Below, in pieces: positions 1 through 10,562 of a DNA stretch of 64,000 nt. The stretch spans positions 2,656,001 through 2,720,000 of the forward strand of contig OY970320.1 in assembly GCA_963716745.1 (NCBI GenBank), given 5' to 3'. Position 1 is the first letter of the stretch, and every line of letters starts with the position of its first letter. The position numbers were made by a program, and so were the translations under genes. The stretch is from an uncultured Gemmatimonadaceae bacterium. Lineage in GTDB: Bacteria > Gemmatimonadota > Gemmatimonadetes > Gemmatimonadales > Gemmatimonadaceae. The notes under the pieces were generated by a model. That model worked only from the letters and a program-made list of their open reading frames with translations. It ran no database searches and was not told where the DNA came from.

Positions 1-831
1 CTGCTTGGGGAAGTCGAGCATGTTGCGCACCGTGGCGCCGCGGAAGCTGTAGATGCTCTGCGCGTCGTCGCCGACGACGGTGATGTTCTTGTGCGTCGCG
101 GCCATGCCGCGCAGGATGCGCGCCTGCAGGACGTTCGTGTCCTGGTATTCGTCGACGAGCACGTGATCGTAGAGCGAGGCGATGCGCGCGCCGAGTTCGG
201 GGGCTTGCTCGAGCATCATCGCCCAGAGCAGCAGCAGGTCATCGTAATCGACGAGATTGCGCTCGGCTTTGCGCGCGGTGTAGTCGGCGAAGACGCGCAA
301 GATGTCGGGGATGTCGGCTTCGAACTGCGGGAACTCGTCACGCACGATCGCGTCGACGCCGAGTTCCGTGTTCGCGTGGCGCGAGTAGATGTGGTGCAGC
401 GTCTCCTTCTTGGGGAAGCGCGATTTGCGCTGTGCGAAACCCAGGTGCGCGCGCGACATCCCGGTGAGATCCTCGGCGTCCGATTGATCGAGGATCGTGA
501 AATCCTTCGCGATGCCGGCGTGCTGGCCATAGGCGCGGAGCAGGCGATGCGCCGTGGCGTGGAAGGTGCCGCCGTGCACGCGGCCGGTGGCGGCGCCGAC
601 GAGGCGTTCCGCGCGCGCGAGCATCTCCTGCGCGGAGCGGCGCGTGAACGTCAGCAACAGAATGCGATTCGGTGGAACGCCGCGGCCGATGAGGTGGGCG
701 ACGCGGTAGACGAGGGCGCGGGTCTTTCCGGTGCCGGCGCCGGCGACGATCAACAGCGGTCCATCGCCGTGCGTAGCGGCGGCGAGCTGGCCGGGGTTCA
801 ATTCGGAGCTGAAATCAGGAGCGGTGGGCAT
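1..831 (-). CDS. UvrD/Rep-family ATP-dependent DNA helicase (N-terminal part; runs off window)
   Basis: Manual translation from ATG at 831: ELNPGQLAAATHGDGPLLIVAGAGTGKT (Walker A), ILLLTFTRRSAQEM, VLVDEYQDTN, VVGDDAQSIYSFRGA. Not in ORF track because it lacks a stop in the window. Confidence 0.93.
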   Translation of the reverse strand, partial: MPTAPDFSSELNPGQLAAATHGDGPLLIVAGAGTGKTRALVYRVAHLIGRGVPPNRILLLTFTRRSAQEMLARAERLVGAATGRVHGGTFHATAHRLLRAYGQHAGIAKDFTILDQSDAEDLTGMSRAHLGFAQRKSRFPKKETLHHIYSRHANTELGVDAIVRDEFPQFEADIPDILRVFADYTARKAERNLVDYDDLLLLWAMMLEQAPELGARIASLYDHVLVDEYQDTNVLQARILRGMAATHKNITVVGDDAQSIYSFRGATVRNMLDFPKQ

Positions 832-847
832 TCTCAGGAATGTAACG

Positions 848-876
848 CTCGGAACTCGGGACTCGGGACTCGCGAA
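848..876. repeat. Heptamer tandem repeat (GGGACTC)n
   Basis: ctcggaactcgggactcgggactcgcgaac directly after the DDAH-like stop; same unit recurs at 28114-28172. Confidence 0.7.
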
Positions 877-1647
877 CTACCCGTGGAACAGGATCGAGAG
901 GCAGGTGGGGCCGCCCTCGGCCTTCTGCAACTCGGAGAGATCCAGCGCGCGGCATTGGAAGCCGGCGCGCTCGAGGACAGCGCGAGTGGCGGGGAAGGAT
1001 CGAGGGCAGGATGAGCGTGCCATTCACATCCAGAACGCTGGCGCCCCAGGGTTCGTGCTTGGGGACTTCGAGCACGCGCATGCCTTTGAAGGCCTTGATA
1101 TCGGTCCACTCCGGATTCGCGAGCACCGTGTTGCGGCCGGCGTACGTCACGGCGGTCTTCAAATGCAGCGCGCCTTTCACCGCGACGGGGATCACCGTGT
1201 AGCCGAGTGGCGTGAGCATCGTGTGGAATTGCTCGAGACCGGCGGGGTTCGTGCGCTTGCGACAGTCCGACGTAAATGCGTGCGGCCGGCGCGGATCACA
1301 TCGCCGCCGTCGAGTGTGGCGGGGGGCGCGAGCCGCTGGAGCAGTCGGTAGCGCTTGAGCGTGTCGGCGAGCAGCTCGCCTTCCGCGGCGCGCGACGCGG
1401 CGCCGGGGGTGGTGATCACCGCGAATTCCTCGACCACGACCGCGGCATCCTCGACGAACACCGCGTCGGGGAATTCATCGCGTGCGGGGAGATGGACGAT
1501 CGTGGCGCCGAGTGACTCGAGCGCTTCCTCGTAGGCGCGATGCTGCTGGCGCGCGAGCTTGAGGTCGATGGGCTCGCGTTGCTTGTAGGTCAACTGACCC
1601 TGGTCGAGCGTCGAGGAGACGCCGCGGGTGACTGCGGTGAGGGGCAC
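877..1647 (-). CDS. Dimethylarginine dimethylaminohydrolase / amidinotransferase family protein (frameshifted)
   Basis: Pieces in ORFs 1192..1647 and 815..1219: QQHRAYEEALESLG, FPDAVFVEDAAVV, LDGGDV, LHLKTAVT; third frame gives C-terminal SELQKAEGGPTCLSILFHG* with catalytic Cys. Confidence 0.88.
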
Positions 1648-1702
1648 GGGAAGCGGGAAGCGGGAAGCGACGAACTGCGGACCGTAGGAAGCTAACGATT
1701 CC

Positions 1703-2077
1703 TCACGGGGCGCAGGGAGCCTTGATCCCGTTCTTCAGCGTGATGACGATCGCGCCTGAACTGGCGCCCTTGCCGTAGGCCGCGGCTGCGTCCGTCGCCG
1801 TGAGTATGTCGACCGACTCTATTGAATTCGGGTCGAGCGACTCGAGGCAACCGTCGACACCCGTCGAGTTCAGCACCCGTTCGTTGATCACGAACATGTA
1901 GGCGGCGTACCTGCCGCAGAGTGGGCCGCACACATTTCTCGAGACGTTCGGGCCGGCGGTCGAGAGCTGCGCTGCGAGCGCTTGCTCTGGAATCCTGGCG
2001 CTCGCTTGCGTTGGCAGTTTGTCGCACGCCGAGAACAGAGCTGTCGGTGCGAGCAGGAGCAGGGCGAGACGGGGCAT
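1703..2077 (-). CDS. Small lipoprotein with stand-alone TonB-dependent receptor plug-like motif
   Basis: Lipobox LFSAC; C-terminal LDPNSIESVDILTATDAAAAYGKGASSGAIVITLK resembles the SusC-type plug signature. Confidence 0.65.
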   Translation of the reverse strand: MPRLALLLLAPTALFSACDKLPTQASARIPEQALAAQLSTAGPNVSRNVCGPLCGRYAAYMFVINERVLNSTGVDGCLESLDPNSIESVDILTATDAAAAYGKGASSGAIVITLKNGIKAPCAP

Positions 2078-2135
2078 GACGTACTCCTCGAAAGTGACAA
2101 GAGGGACGTCACAGGACCGGATTCCTACACACCCG

Positions 2136-2861
2136 CTACTTCGTCTTCGACTCCGCCCGTTTCTTGTTGATCATCGCTTGCGAGATGGACATGCCGCCGT
2201 AGCGCTCCTCGGTCCACGGATCGCCGCGCATGTGGTAGCCGTTCTGCTCCCAGAAGCCGGGCATATCGTAATTGAGCAGCTCGAAGCCGCGCACCCATTT
2301 CGCGCTCTTCCAGAAGTACAGATGCGGCACGAGGAGGCGCAGCGGCCAGCCATGGTCGGGGGACAGCGGCATGCCGTTATGCGCCCAGGTGAGCAGATTC
2401 TCGGGGCGGTCGAGATCGGAGAGCGGCAAGTTCGTCGTGAAGCCCTGCTCGGCGTGGATCAAGACGAACGACGCACTCGGCTTCACGCCGGCGCGCTTCA
2501 AAAGATCGGACACGGACACGCCGGTGAAGCGATTGTCCAACCGGCTCCAGCGCGTCACGCAATGGATGTCGCAGAGCGTCTCCTTGTGCGGGAGCGCCAG
2601 GATCTCGTCGTAGGTGAGTTCAAAAGGCGAATCAACGAGGCCATTGATCGAGAACTTCCACGTCTTCAGATCGACGCGCGGCACATCGCCGTAGTGCAGC
2701 ACGGGCCACTTCTCGGTCTTCACCTGACGCGGCGGCACGCGGTCGCGATCGGTAGGGCGCGCATCGACGACGGGATCGTTGTCGGCCACAGGGGACTCCA
2801 TTGGCGGCGGACGGGAACCGGTGCGGCCGATCAACCAACCGCTGAGACGGTCTAGAACCAT
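2136..2861 (-). CDS. Sulfite oxidase-like molybdopterin oxidoreductase (YuiH/MsrP family)
   Basis: DIHCVTRWSRLD (Mo-ligating Cys), FTTNLPL, HGWPLRLLVPHLYFWKSAKWVRG, PGFWEQNGYHMRGDPW; start at ATG 2861 because the upstream ORF extension is repeat DNA. Confidence 0.9.
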   Translation of the reverse strand: MVLDRLSGWLIGRTGSRPPPMESPVADNDPVVDARPTDRDRVPPRQVKTEKWPVLHYGDVPRVDLKTWKFSINGLVDSPFELTYDEILALPHKETLCDIHCVTRWSRLDNRFTGVSVSDLLKRAGVKPSASFVLIHAEQGFTTNLPLSDLDRPENLLTWAHNGMPLSPDHGWPLRLLVPHLYFWKSAKWVRGFELLNYDMPGFWEQNGYHMRGDPWTEERYGGMSISQAMINKKRAESKTK

Positions 2862-2892
2862 GAGATAATGATACAACCCGAAGCGCGTGCGT

Positions 2893-3128
2893 CGCACCCC
2901 GAACGCCGTGACTCGTACCCCGAACGCCGTGAGTACCGAGTCGTGCGTCGCACGGATCGTACAGCGTGACTCGCACCCCCGACACCGCTCGTCGTGAGTC
3001 ACTCACGGAGATCGGGTCGCGACGCACGGAGTTCGGGGTTCCAATGACGCCCTCCAGTCAGTTCGACGCACGACTCGGTACTCACGGAGTTCGGGTTACG
3101 AATCACGGAGCCGGGGGTTCGACTCACG
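2893..3128. repeat. Imperfect inverted-repeat element built on the 20-nt motif GTGAGTACCGAGTCGTGCGT
   Basis: Forward copy 2929-2948, reverse copy 3066-3085; flanks extend the arms to ~55 bp and include 21-nt sub-repeats (accccgaacgccgtga...). Confidence 0.8.
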
Positions 3129-3184
3129 CCTGTCGCCAGTGTCCCCTCGCAATGTCCCGTGCATAGCCGCAAATTCCCTCGAGT

Positions 3185-3892
3185 ATGGACCGCCCCGCCC
3201 AGCCGGCCGTCGAGTGCATTGCCCTCGCCCATCGCTTCGGCCCGAAATGGGCGCTGCGTGGGATCACGATGCGCATCGCGGCAGGCGAGATCGTCGCGGT
3301 CACGGGCAACAATGGCAGCGGCAAGAGTACGCTGCTGCGCGTCGTCGCGACGGCCCTGCGTCCCTCCCGCGGCTCGGCGCGCGTGTTCGGCCATGACGTG
3401 CGAACGGACGCGGCTTCAGTGCGCGGAATGTGCGCGCTCGTGGGGCACGCGAGCGGGGTGTACGCCGACCTCACCGTGCGCGAGAACCTGGGATTCGCGA
3501 TGCGCATGAGCGGCGAGTCGATGGACGACGCGCGCATTGCCGCCGCGATCGAGCGCGTGAATCTCGCCCACGAGGCCGATACCCGCGCCCGCGACCTCTC
3601 CGCCGGCCAGCAGCGCCGCGTCTCGCTCGCGCGCGTGATGCTCCGCGATGTGCAGCTGCTGTTGCTCGACGAACCGTACACGAGCTTCGATGAAGAAGGC
3701 ATTGCGCGCGTGAATGAACTGCTCCGCGAACTGCGCGCGCGCGGCGGCTCGGCGCTCGTGATCACGCACGATCTCGACCGCACCCGCGCGGTGATGGACC
3801 GCGCGATCCGCCTCGACGCCGGCATGCTCCACGAGCCGTCGCTCACGCCCACCGGCGCGATGCCGGCCTTCCGCCTGGCGAGCCGTGGCTGA
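3185..3892 (+). CDS. ccmA: Heme ABC exporter ATP-binding protein CcmA
   Basis: GNNGSGKST Walker A, LSAGQQRRVSLAR signature, LLLLDEPYTSFD; first gene of the ccm operon. Confidence 0.92.
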   Translation: MDRPAQPAVECIALAHRFGPKWALRGITMRIAAGEIVAVTGNNGSGKSTLLRVVATALRPSRGSARVFGHDVRTDAASVRGMCALVGHASGVYADLTVRENLGFAMRMSGESMDDARIAAAIERVNLAHEADTRARDLSAGQQRRVSLARVMLRDVQLLLLDEPYTSFDEEGIARVNELLRELRARGGSALVITHDLDRTRAVMDRAIRLDAGMLHEPSLTPTGAMPAFRLASRG

Positions 3893-4581
3893 GCGCGCGT
3901 GGTCGCGCGAATTCGCGCGCATGGGCGCGGTGGCGTGGAAGGATCTCGCCGTCGAGCGCCGCTCCAAGGCGAGCGTGAACGCCGTGCTCTTCTTCGCCGC
4001 GCTCACGCTGCTCCTCTTCGGTTTCGCCCTCGGCGCCGACACCGACGCGCTCAAGTCCGCGAGCGCCGGCATGCTCTGGCTCACGGTGCTGTTCTCGGGC
4101 GTGCTCGTGTTCAACCGGTCGTACGAGACGGAACTCGACGGCGGCGCGCTCGAGGTGCTGCTGCTCTATCCCGGGCGAGCGCTGGTCGATCTTCGCCGGC
4201 AAACTCATCGCGAATCTCGCGTTCGTGCTCACGGTAGAAGTCGTGACGCTTCCAGTAGCGGTGGTGCTCTATCACATGCCGCTCGCCAACGCGCCGTGGG
4301 GCGTGGCCGGCGTCATGCTGCTCGGCACGATCGGTTTCGTCACGCTCGGCACGTTCTACGCGGCGATGGCGAGCCGGCTGCGCTCGCGCGAAGTGCTGCT
4401 GCCGCTGCTGCTCTTCCCGATGCTCGTGCCCGTGCTCATCGCCGCGGTGCAGGCGACGCAGGCCATGCTCCTGGGCGATGCGATGGGCGACAGCACGACC
4501 TGGGTGCGCCTGCTCGTGGTGTTCGATGTCATCTTCCTCGTCGCCGCGGTGCTGGCGTTCGAGCACGTGATCGAAGGGTGA
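3885..4581 (+). CDS. ccmB: Heme exporter protein CcmB (frameshift near 4180)
   Basis: WKDLAVERRSK...LFGFALG...GMLWLTVLFSG joined to SREVLLPLLLFPMLVPVLIAAVQAT. Confidence 0.9.
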
Positions 4582-4585
4582 TGCG

Positions 4586-5282
4586 ATGAGCGAAAGCAAG
4601 CGCAAGCCGGTCTTGATCCTCGTCACGGCGCTGCGTGCTCGCGGCGCTCGCCGCCGCGCAGTGGTGGGCGGTGAGTCACTCCGCGCCGGACCGCGACATG
4701 GGCGATCTGCAGAAGATCATGTACGTGCACGTGCCGAGCGCGTGGAGCTTCTTCGTGGCGTTCTTCATCGTGCTCGTCGCGAGCGGGATGTACCTCGCGA
4801 CGCGCGACGAGCGCTACGACCTGATCGCGGCGAGCGCCGCCGAGGTGGGCGCGGTGCTCACCGGGCTGGCGCTGGTGACGGGCTCGATCTGGGGGCGCTC
4901 GACGTGGGGCACGTGGTGGACATGGGACGCGCGCCTCACCAGCACGGCGGTGCTGTTCCTGATCTATCTTGGGTACCTGTCGCTGCGCGCCGCGATCGAC
5001 GACACCACCGTGCGCGCGCGGTGGAGCGCCGCCGTGGGGATCCTTGGCGCGATCAATGTCCCGATCGTATACATGTCGGTGCGCTGGTGGCGCACGCTGC
5101 ACCAGGTGCAATCGAGTCCGAGCACCGTGGCGGGATCGTACGTGACGTCGCTGCGACTGAACGCGGTGGTGATGCTGATGGTGACGGCATGGTTCATCCT
5201 CGCGCGCTACCATGCGGCGATGATCGAGCGCGCGGCGGGCGCGCTGGCGGAGGAAGCGGCGCTCGGTGGGAGGCGGTCATGA
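4586..5282 (+). CDS. ccmC: Heme exporter protein CcmC (frameshift near 4635)
   Basis: KIMYVHVPSAW, WWD domain GSIWGRSTWGTWWTWDARLTS, VRWWRTLHQ. Confidence 0.93.
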
Positions 5283-5425
5283 GCGGTGAATGGAGCTATG
5301 TGACGGCGGCGTACGCGGCGGCGTGGATCTGCTTCGTCGGCTATGCCGTGCGTCTCGTGCGGATCACCATGCGGGCGCGCCGCGACTACGACGCGGCGCG
5401 CGACGCACTGGTGCGATCGCTATGA
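5279..5425 (+). CDS. ccmD: Heme exporter protein CcmD
   Basis: 48 aa MSGEWSYVTAAYAAAWICFVGY..., single TM plus basic tail, ATGA overlaps with both ccmC and ccmE. Confidence 0.75.
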   Translation: MSGEWSYVTAAYAAAWICFVGYAVRLVRITMRARRDYDAARDALVRSL

Positions 5426-5869
5426 CCAGCACGAAGAAGGCGTTGATCATCGGCGGCGGAGTGATGTTCGCGGCCGCATTCGCCTATCTCCTGTTCGGCG
5501 GGATCGGGAACAACCTCGTGTACTTCCTCACGCCGTCGGAGTTGCTCGCGAAAGGACCGGCGGCGTACGACACGCCCGTGCGGCTCGGCGGGCAAGTGGT
5601 GCCGGGCAGCGTGGTGTGGGATGCGCCGAACGTCGACCTGCGATTCACGATGCAGGACGGCAAGGCGCAGGTGATGCGTGCACTCGCGCGGCGCGCCGCC
5701 GCAGATGTTCCGCGATGGGATCGGGGTGGTGGTCGAAGGCAGATATTCGGCGAAGGGCACCTTCGAGGCGACGAATCTCCTCGTGAAGCACTCGAACGAG
5801 TACAAGCCGCCGAAGGCTGGGCAGGATCCGTCGGAGATGTACAAGTCGCTCATGAAGGGAGGCGCGTAA
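5422..5869 (+). CDS. ccmE: Cytochrome c maturation protein CcmE (frameshift near 5678)
   Basis: NLVYFLTPSEL, VRLGGQVVPGSV, PPQMFRDGIGVVVEG, heme-binding KHSNEY (HxxxY). Confidence 0.92.
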
Positions 5870-7903
5870 TGCTGAACGCGATCGGCTCGAGCGCGCTCAT
5901 CGTCGCGCTCGCGATCTCGGTGTTGGGCCTCGTGGCCGCGGCGGCCGGCGGAGTGCGCCGCAACGCGGCGTTCGTCCGCGCCGCCTACGCGGCGGCGTAC
6001 GTGAACTTCGCCCTGCTCGCGATCGCGGCCGGCACGATGATCACCGCGCTCGTGACGCACGATTTCAGCGTGAGCTACGTGGCGCAGGTGGGCAGCCGCT
6101 CGACGCCGATGCTCTACACCGTCATCTCGCTCTGGGGCGCGCTCGAGGGATCCATCCTCCTCTGGGGCCTGGTGCTCACCGGCTACACCGCCGCGGTGGT
6201 GTACCTCAATCGCGGCCGCGCGGGGCAGCTGCTGCCCTTCGCGACCGCGACGCTCTTCGGGATCGCGACCTTCTTCCTGATCCTGCTCGTGGGCCCGGCG
6301 AATCCGTTCCACACGGTGTTCCCCGTGCCCCCCGACGGTCCGGGGCCGAACGTGCTGCTTCAGAACCATCCGCTGATGGCCATCCATCCGCCGTTCCTCT
6401 ATCTCGGCTACGTCGGCATGAGCGTGCCGTTCGCCTTCGCGATCGGCGCGCTGCTCTCCGGCGAGACGGACGGCGACTGGATCCGCACGACGCGGCGCTG
6501 GACGATGGTCGCGTGGGGCTTCCTCGGCTTCGCGATCGTCGCCGGGATGTGGTGGAGCTACGACGTGCTCGGCTGGGGCGGCTACTGGGCCTGGGATCCG
6601 GTGGAGAACGCGAGCTTCATGCCGTGGCTCACCGCCACCGCGTTCATCCATTCGGAGATCGTCGAGGAGCGGCGCGGCATGCTGCGCGTGTGGAACATGA
6701 CGCTCATCGTCGCGACGTTCATCCTCACGATCCTCGGCACCTTCCTCACGCGCAGCGGCATCCTGAGTTCGGTGCACGCCTTCGCGGAAGGCGTCGTGGG
6801 CTACTACTTCCTCGGATTCATCGCGCTCGTGCTCATTGGCTCGATGATCCTGCTCGCGGGGCGGAGCAATTCGCTCAAGAGCACGGGCCAGCTCGACGCG
6901 ATCGCGAGCCGCGAGACGGTGTTCCTCTTCAATAATCTGCTGCTCTGCGGCTTCATGTTCACGGTGCTGCTCGGCACGCTCTTTCCGCTCGTCGCCGAGG
7001 CGATCCGCGGCGTGAAGGTGAGCGTGGGCGCGCCATTCTTCAACACGATGACGCTGCCGATCGTCGCCGCGCTTGCTGCTGCTCATGGGCGTGGGGCCGG
7101 CGCTGCCGTGGCGGAGCGCGACGAAGGAGCAGGTGCAGCGCCAGCTGATCCCGCCAACGGTGATCATGGTGATCGTGATCGTAGGCAGTCTCGTGGCCGG
7201 GCTCCGCCAGCCGTACGCGATCGCGGCGTTCGCGTTCGGCGCGTTCGCGATCACGGCGAACCTGCGCGAGTACTGGCGCGGCGCGCGGGCGCGCATGCGC
7301 GCGCAGGGGGAGAACTTCTTCGTCGCGCTCGCGCGACTCGTGCAGGGGAACCGACGGCGCTACGGCGGCTACCTCGCGCATCTCGGCGTGCTCACCCTCG
7401 CGCTCGGCGTGACCGCGAGCAGCGCGTTCCGCATGGAGCGTGAGGCGACGATCAAGCCCGGCGGCACGATCACGCTCGCGGGGTACACCGTGCGCCTCAA
7501 TGAGATGTGGGGACGCGAGGAGCCGCAGCGCGTGGTGGTGGGCGCGAGTCTCTTCGTGGAGCGCGGCGGCAAACGCATCGGCACGCTCGATCCGCGTCTC
7601 AATTATTTCCGGACGTCCGAGCAGCCGGTGGCGACGCCCGCGGTGCGGAGCCGCGCGGACGCCGATCTCTACGTGAACCTCATGGCGTTCGAGCGCGACG
7701 GATCGTCCGCGACCTTCCGCGTGCTCGTGGAGCCGCTGGTGGCATGGATCTGGGCGGGCGGGATGATCGTCGCGCTGGGCGCGCTGGTGTGCGTCTGGCC
7801 CGGCGCCGCGGCTCCCGCGTGGGTGCCGGCCGGCATGCGTCGCGCGCGCGCCGAGGCCGTTGAGGAGGAGGAGCCTGCCGTGGCGACGGAAGGCGCCGCG
7901 TGA
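5869..7903 (+). CDS. ccmF: Cytochrome c heme lyase CcmF (frameshift near 7075)
   Basis: DFSVSYVA, WGALEGSILLW, LLQNHPLMAIHPPFLYLGY, GWGGYWAWDPVENASFMPWL, SSVHAFA, RRYGGYLAHLG. Confidence 0.95.
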
Positions 7904-8487
7904 ACTGGAAGCGCGCGCTCGTCGCTTTGCTGTGCGCGATCCCGATCATCGCGCTCCTCGCCTTCGGAATGACGCGCGACCCGCGCGAGATCCCGAGTCC
8001 GCTCCCGGGCAACGAGGCGCCGAAGTTCGCGCTGGCCGTCTTCTCCTTCCCGGCGAACGCGCCGGCGGCGCAGGCGAAGGCGGCCGAGCTGCTCAAAGAC
8101 ACCGTGCGTCTCGATACGCTCCGCGGGAAGGTCGTGGTGCTCAATTTCTGGGCGAGCTGGTGCCTGGCGTGCCGCGATGAGCACACCGCGCTCTCCGAGG
8201 CCGCGACCGCGCTCAAAGGCACCGATGCGCGTTTCTTCGGCGTGCTCTACCAGGACGTGCCGCAGAACGGCCGCGACTGGATCAAGCAGATGGGCGGGCA
8301 ATCATATCCTGGATTGTTCGATCCCAAGTCACGCACGGCGATCGATTACGGACTGTACGGCGTGCCGGAGACGTTCTTCATCGGGCGCGACGGCCGGGTC
8401 GCGTACAAGCACGTGGGCGCGGTGCCGATGGACGTGATCATGGGCACGGTGCAGAAGCTGCTCGCCGAGCAGCCGGGGGCGCGGTGA
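7900..8487 (+). CDS. ccmG: Thiol:disulfide interchange protein CcmG/DsbE
   Basis: N-terminal TM, IPSPL, VLNFWASWCLAC, YGLYGVPETFFI. Confidence 0.9.
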   Translation: MNWKRALVALLCAIPIIALLAFGMTRDPREIPSPLPGNEAPKFALAVFSFPANAPAAQAKAAELLKDTVRLDTLRGKVVVLNFWASWCLACRDEHTALSEAATALKGTDARFFGVLYQDVPQNGRDWIKQMGGQSYPGLFDPKSRTAIDYGLYGVPETFFIGRDGRVAYKHVGAVPMDVIMGTVQKLLAEQPGAR

Positions 8488-8919
8488 TCGTGCGGTGCGC
8501 GGCTCGGCGGACGCTGTGCTTCGCTCTGGCGGCGCTTGTGTCATCTCGTTGCATTCTCATAGTGCGGCCTGTCAGGGCGATTCCCGACTGGATGACTCGG
8601 TGACGGGCGGTCGCATTCGCAATTGCGATGCCCCGTGTGCCAGGGCGAATCGATCCAGGATTCGCCATCGGGACTCGCGAAGGAAATGCGAGATGTGGTG
8701 CGCGAGCAGCTGGCCGCGGGCCGGTCGAGCGAAGAGGTGAAAGCGTATTTCGTGAGCAAGTACGGCGAGTGGATCCTGCTGGAGCCGAAGGCGCACGGCG
8801 CGAACCTCACGGTGTATCTGTTGCCGTTCGTGATGTTGCTGGGCGGTGCATCGCTGATCGTGATCGCGGTCCGGCGATGGACGCGACCGAGCGCGGTGTC
8901 GCAGTCGGAGTCGCCGTAG
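8484..8919 (+). CDS. ccmH: Cytochrome c biogenesis protein CcmH (5' part garbled by indels)
   Basis: LRCPVCQGESIQDS...AKEMR...YFVSKYGEWILLEP followed by a TM; start approximate. Confidence 0.87.
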
Positions 8920-8967
8920 ATCGACGGTCGCGACGCTCGTGGTCCTCAGATCCAGCGGAGGAGCGCC

Positions 8968-10445
8968 ATGAGATCATTCCCTCGTTCGAGTCTGCACTTG
9001 CTCCGCGTGGCGGCGTTCGCGGCGCTGGGGCTCATCGGCTGCACGGAGACCGTATACAAGGACTTCCCCGGTTTCGCGCCGCCGCCGTCGGGCGCCGGCG
9101 AATACCTCGGCTACACGAGCGGCTCTGGACCCGCTGCCCGGTGTGCGGCAACTGCCACGCGAGCCACCAGGCGCTCTGGACTCACCGCCAAGCACTCGAA
9201 GGCGTGGGCGAATCTCCAGGCGAGCGGGCACGCGGCGCCGGAGTGCGGCGTATGCCACTCCGTGAGCACGCTCGGCAATGACACGGGCGCGGCGCGGTTC
9301 GGCTACCAAGGTTCGCCGAGCGAGCGCTATCAGGACGTGCAGTGTGAGGCGTGCCATGGCCCGGGACAGAATCACGTAGAGAATGCGGAGGTCGATCGCG
9401 AACCAGCCCATCCCATCGATCTACGTGGCGGCGGGACTGAATTCGAGTTGCAGCGGATGCCACACCGGCGAGCACCAGCCGTTCGTGGAGGAGTGGTCGC
9501 AGTCGGCGCACGGGATCGTGCCGCACTTCGCGAATGGCGCCGGCAACACGTCGTGCCAGCCATGCCATACGGGGCAGGTGGCGCTCACGGCCACGATGGG
9601 CGTCACGAACACCGTGTACAAGGAGATCAACAACCCGCTCACGACGCAGGGGCCGAACGGCGCGCTCACGATCGTGTGCGCGGTGTGTCACGATCCGCAC
9701 GGCAGCCCGAACCTTGGCCAGACGCGTTTCCCGGTGGACACGGTGGATGTGGCCACGAATCTCTGCGCGCGTTGTCACAACCGGCGGTCGGTGCCCGATC
9801 AGAGCGGCAACAAGGGTCCGCACGCGCCGGAAGGTCCGCTCCTCATCGGCAACAACGATGTGGGCTGGCGGCCGCCGAACATGACGCAGGACAACATCCA
9901 CGGGTCGCACGGCGATACGCTGGTGAACTCGAAGCTCTGTGCCACGTGCCACATCTTCAAGAGCCAGAGCACCGATTCGTCGGGCATCACGTTCTTCTCG
10001 ACGGGCCATCTGTTCCTCGCGATCCCGTGCGTCGATGCGAACGGGAAGCCGCTGCCGACCGATTGCGCGGAGGCGAACCGCACGTTCAACGCGTGCGCGA
10101 CCTGCCACGGCGTCGGGCGCGGTCGCGAAGAGCCTGATGGACAACGAGGTGCTCATCATCAACGGGCTGCTCAACACGATGTACGGCATCCTGACGAACC
10201 AGGCGAAGATCCCGTGCTCGCAGTACACATCGACGTCGGGTGCGCCGTGGACCACCGCGCGCGGCGCCCGATTCAATTATCTGCTCGCGGCGGAATCGGG
10301 GAGCGCCGTCGCCGGCCAAGCGTGCGGGAGCGATCTCGCGCTGCCGCCCGCGGTGAGCAAGCTCGGCTCGGCTGTGCACAACGTGCCGCTCATGGAGCAG
10401 CTGCTGATCAACAGCATCGACCAGCTGAATCAGGACTACCCGTAG
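8968..10445 (+). CDS. Multiheme (~9 CxxCH) lipoprotein cytochrome c, OmcB-like C-terminus (frameshifted)
   Basis: Lipobox LGLIGC; across frames CGNCH, CGVCH, CEACH, CSGCH, CQPCH, CAVCH, CARCH, CATCH, CATCH; C-terminal GARFNYLL...AVHNVPLMEQLLINSIDQL. Confidence 0.85.
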
Positions 10446-10456
10446 AGCGAACCTGC

Positions 10457-10486
10457 TTGACGGGAAGGGCCCGCGACTGCACTCAT
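10457..10486 (+). promoter_or_regulatory. Possible sigma70-type promoter upstream of the NapC-like gene
   Basis: TTGACG at 10457-10462; the -10 region (TGcactcat) is a weak match. Confidence 0.25.
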
Positions 10487-10562
10487 AGAGGCAGGTCGCA
10501 TCCGCACCGGGGGGCGTTCAGCTCCCCGGCCGCGCATTGGAGCCCACGCTCGGGAGACGCGA

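Noticed and set aside
91..1014. Long antisense ORFs (e.g. 91..1014, 20285..22273, 52444..55050, 53724..54980)
   Set aside because: Shadow frames of real genes in high-GC DNA; Arg/Ala-rich with no motifs.
5290..7443. CcmE-CcmF fusion ORF
   Set aside because: CcmE ends in another frame at TAA 5867-5869, overlapping the CcmF ATG.
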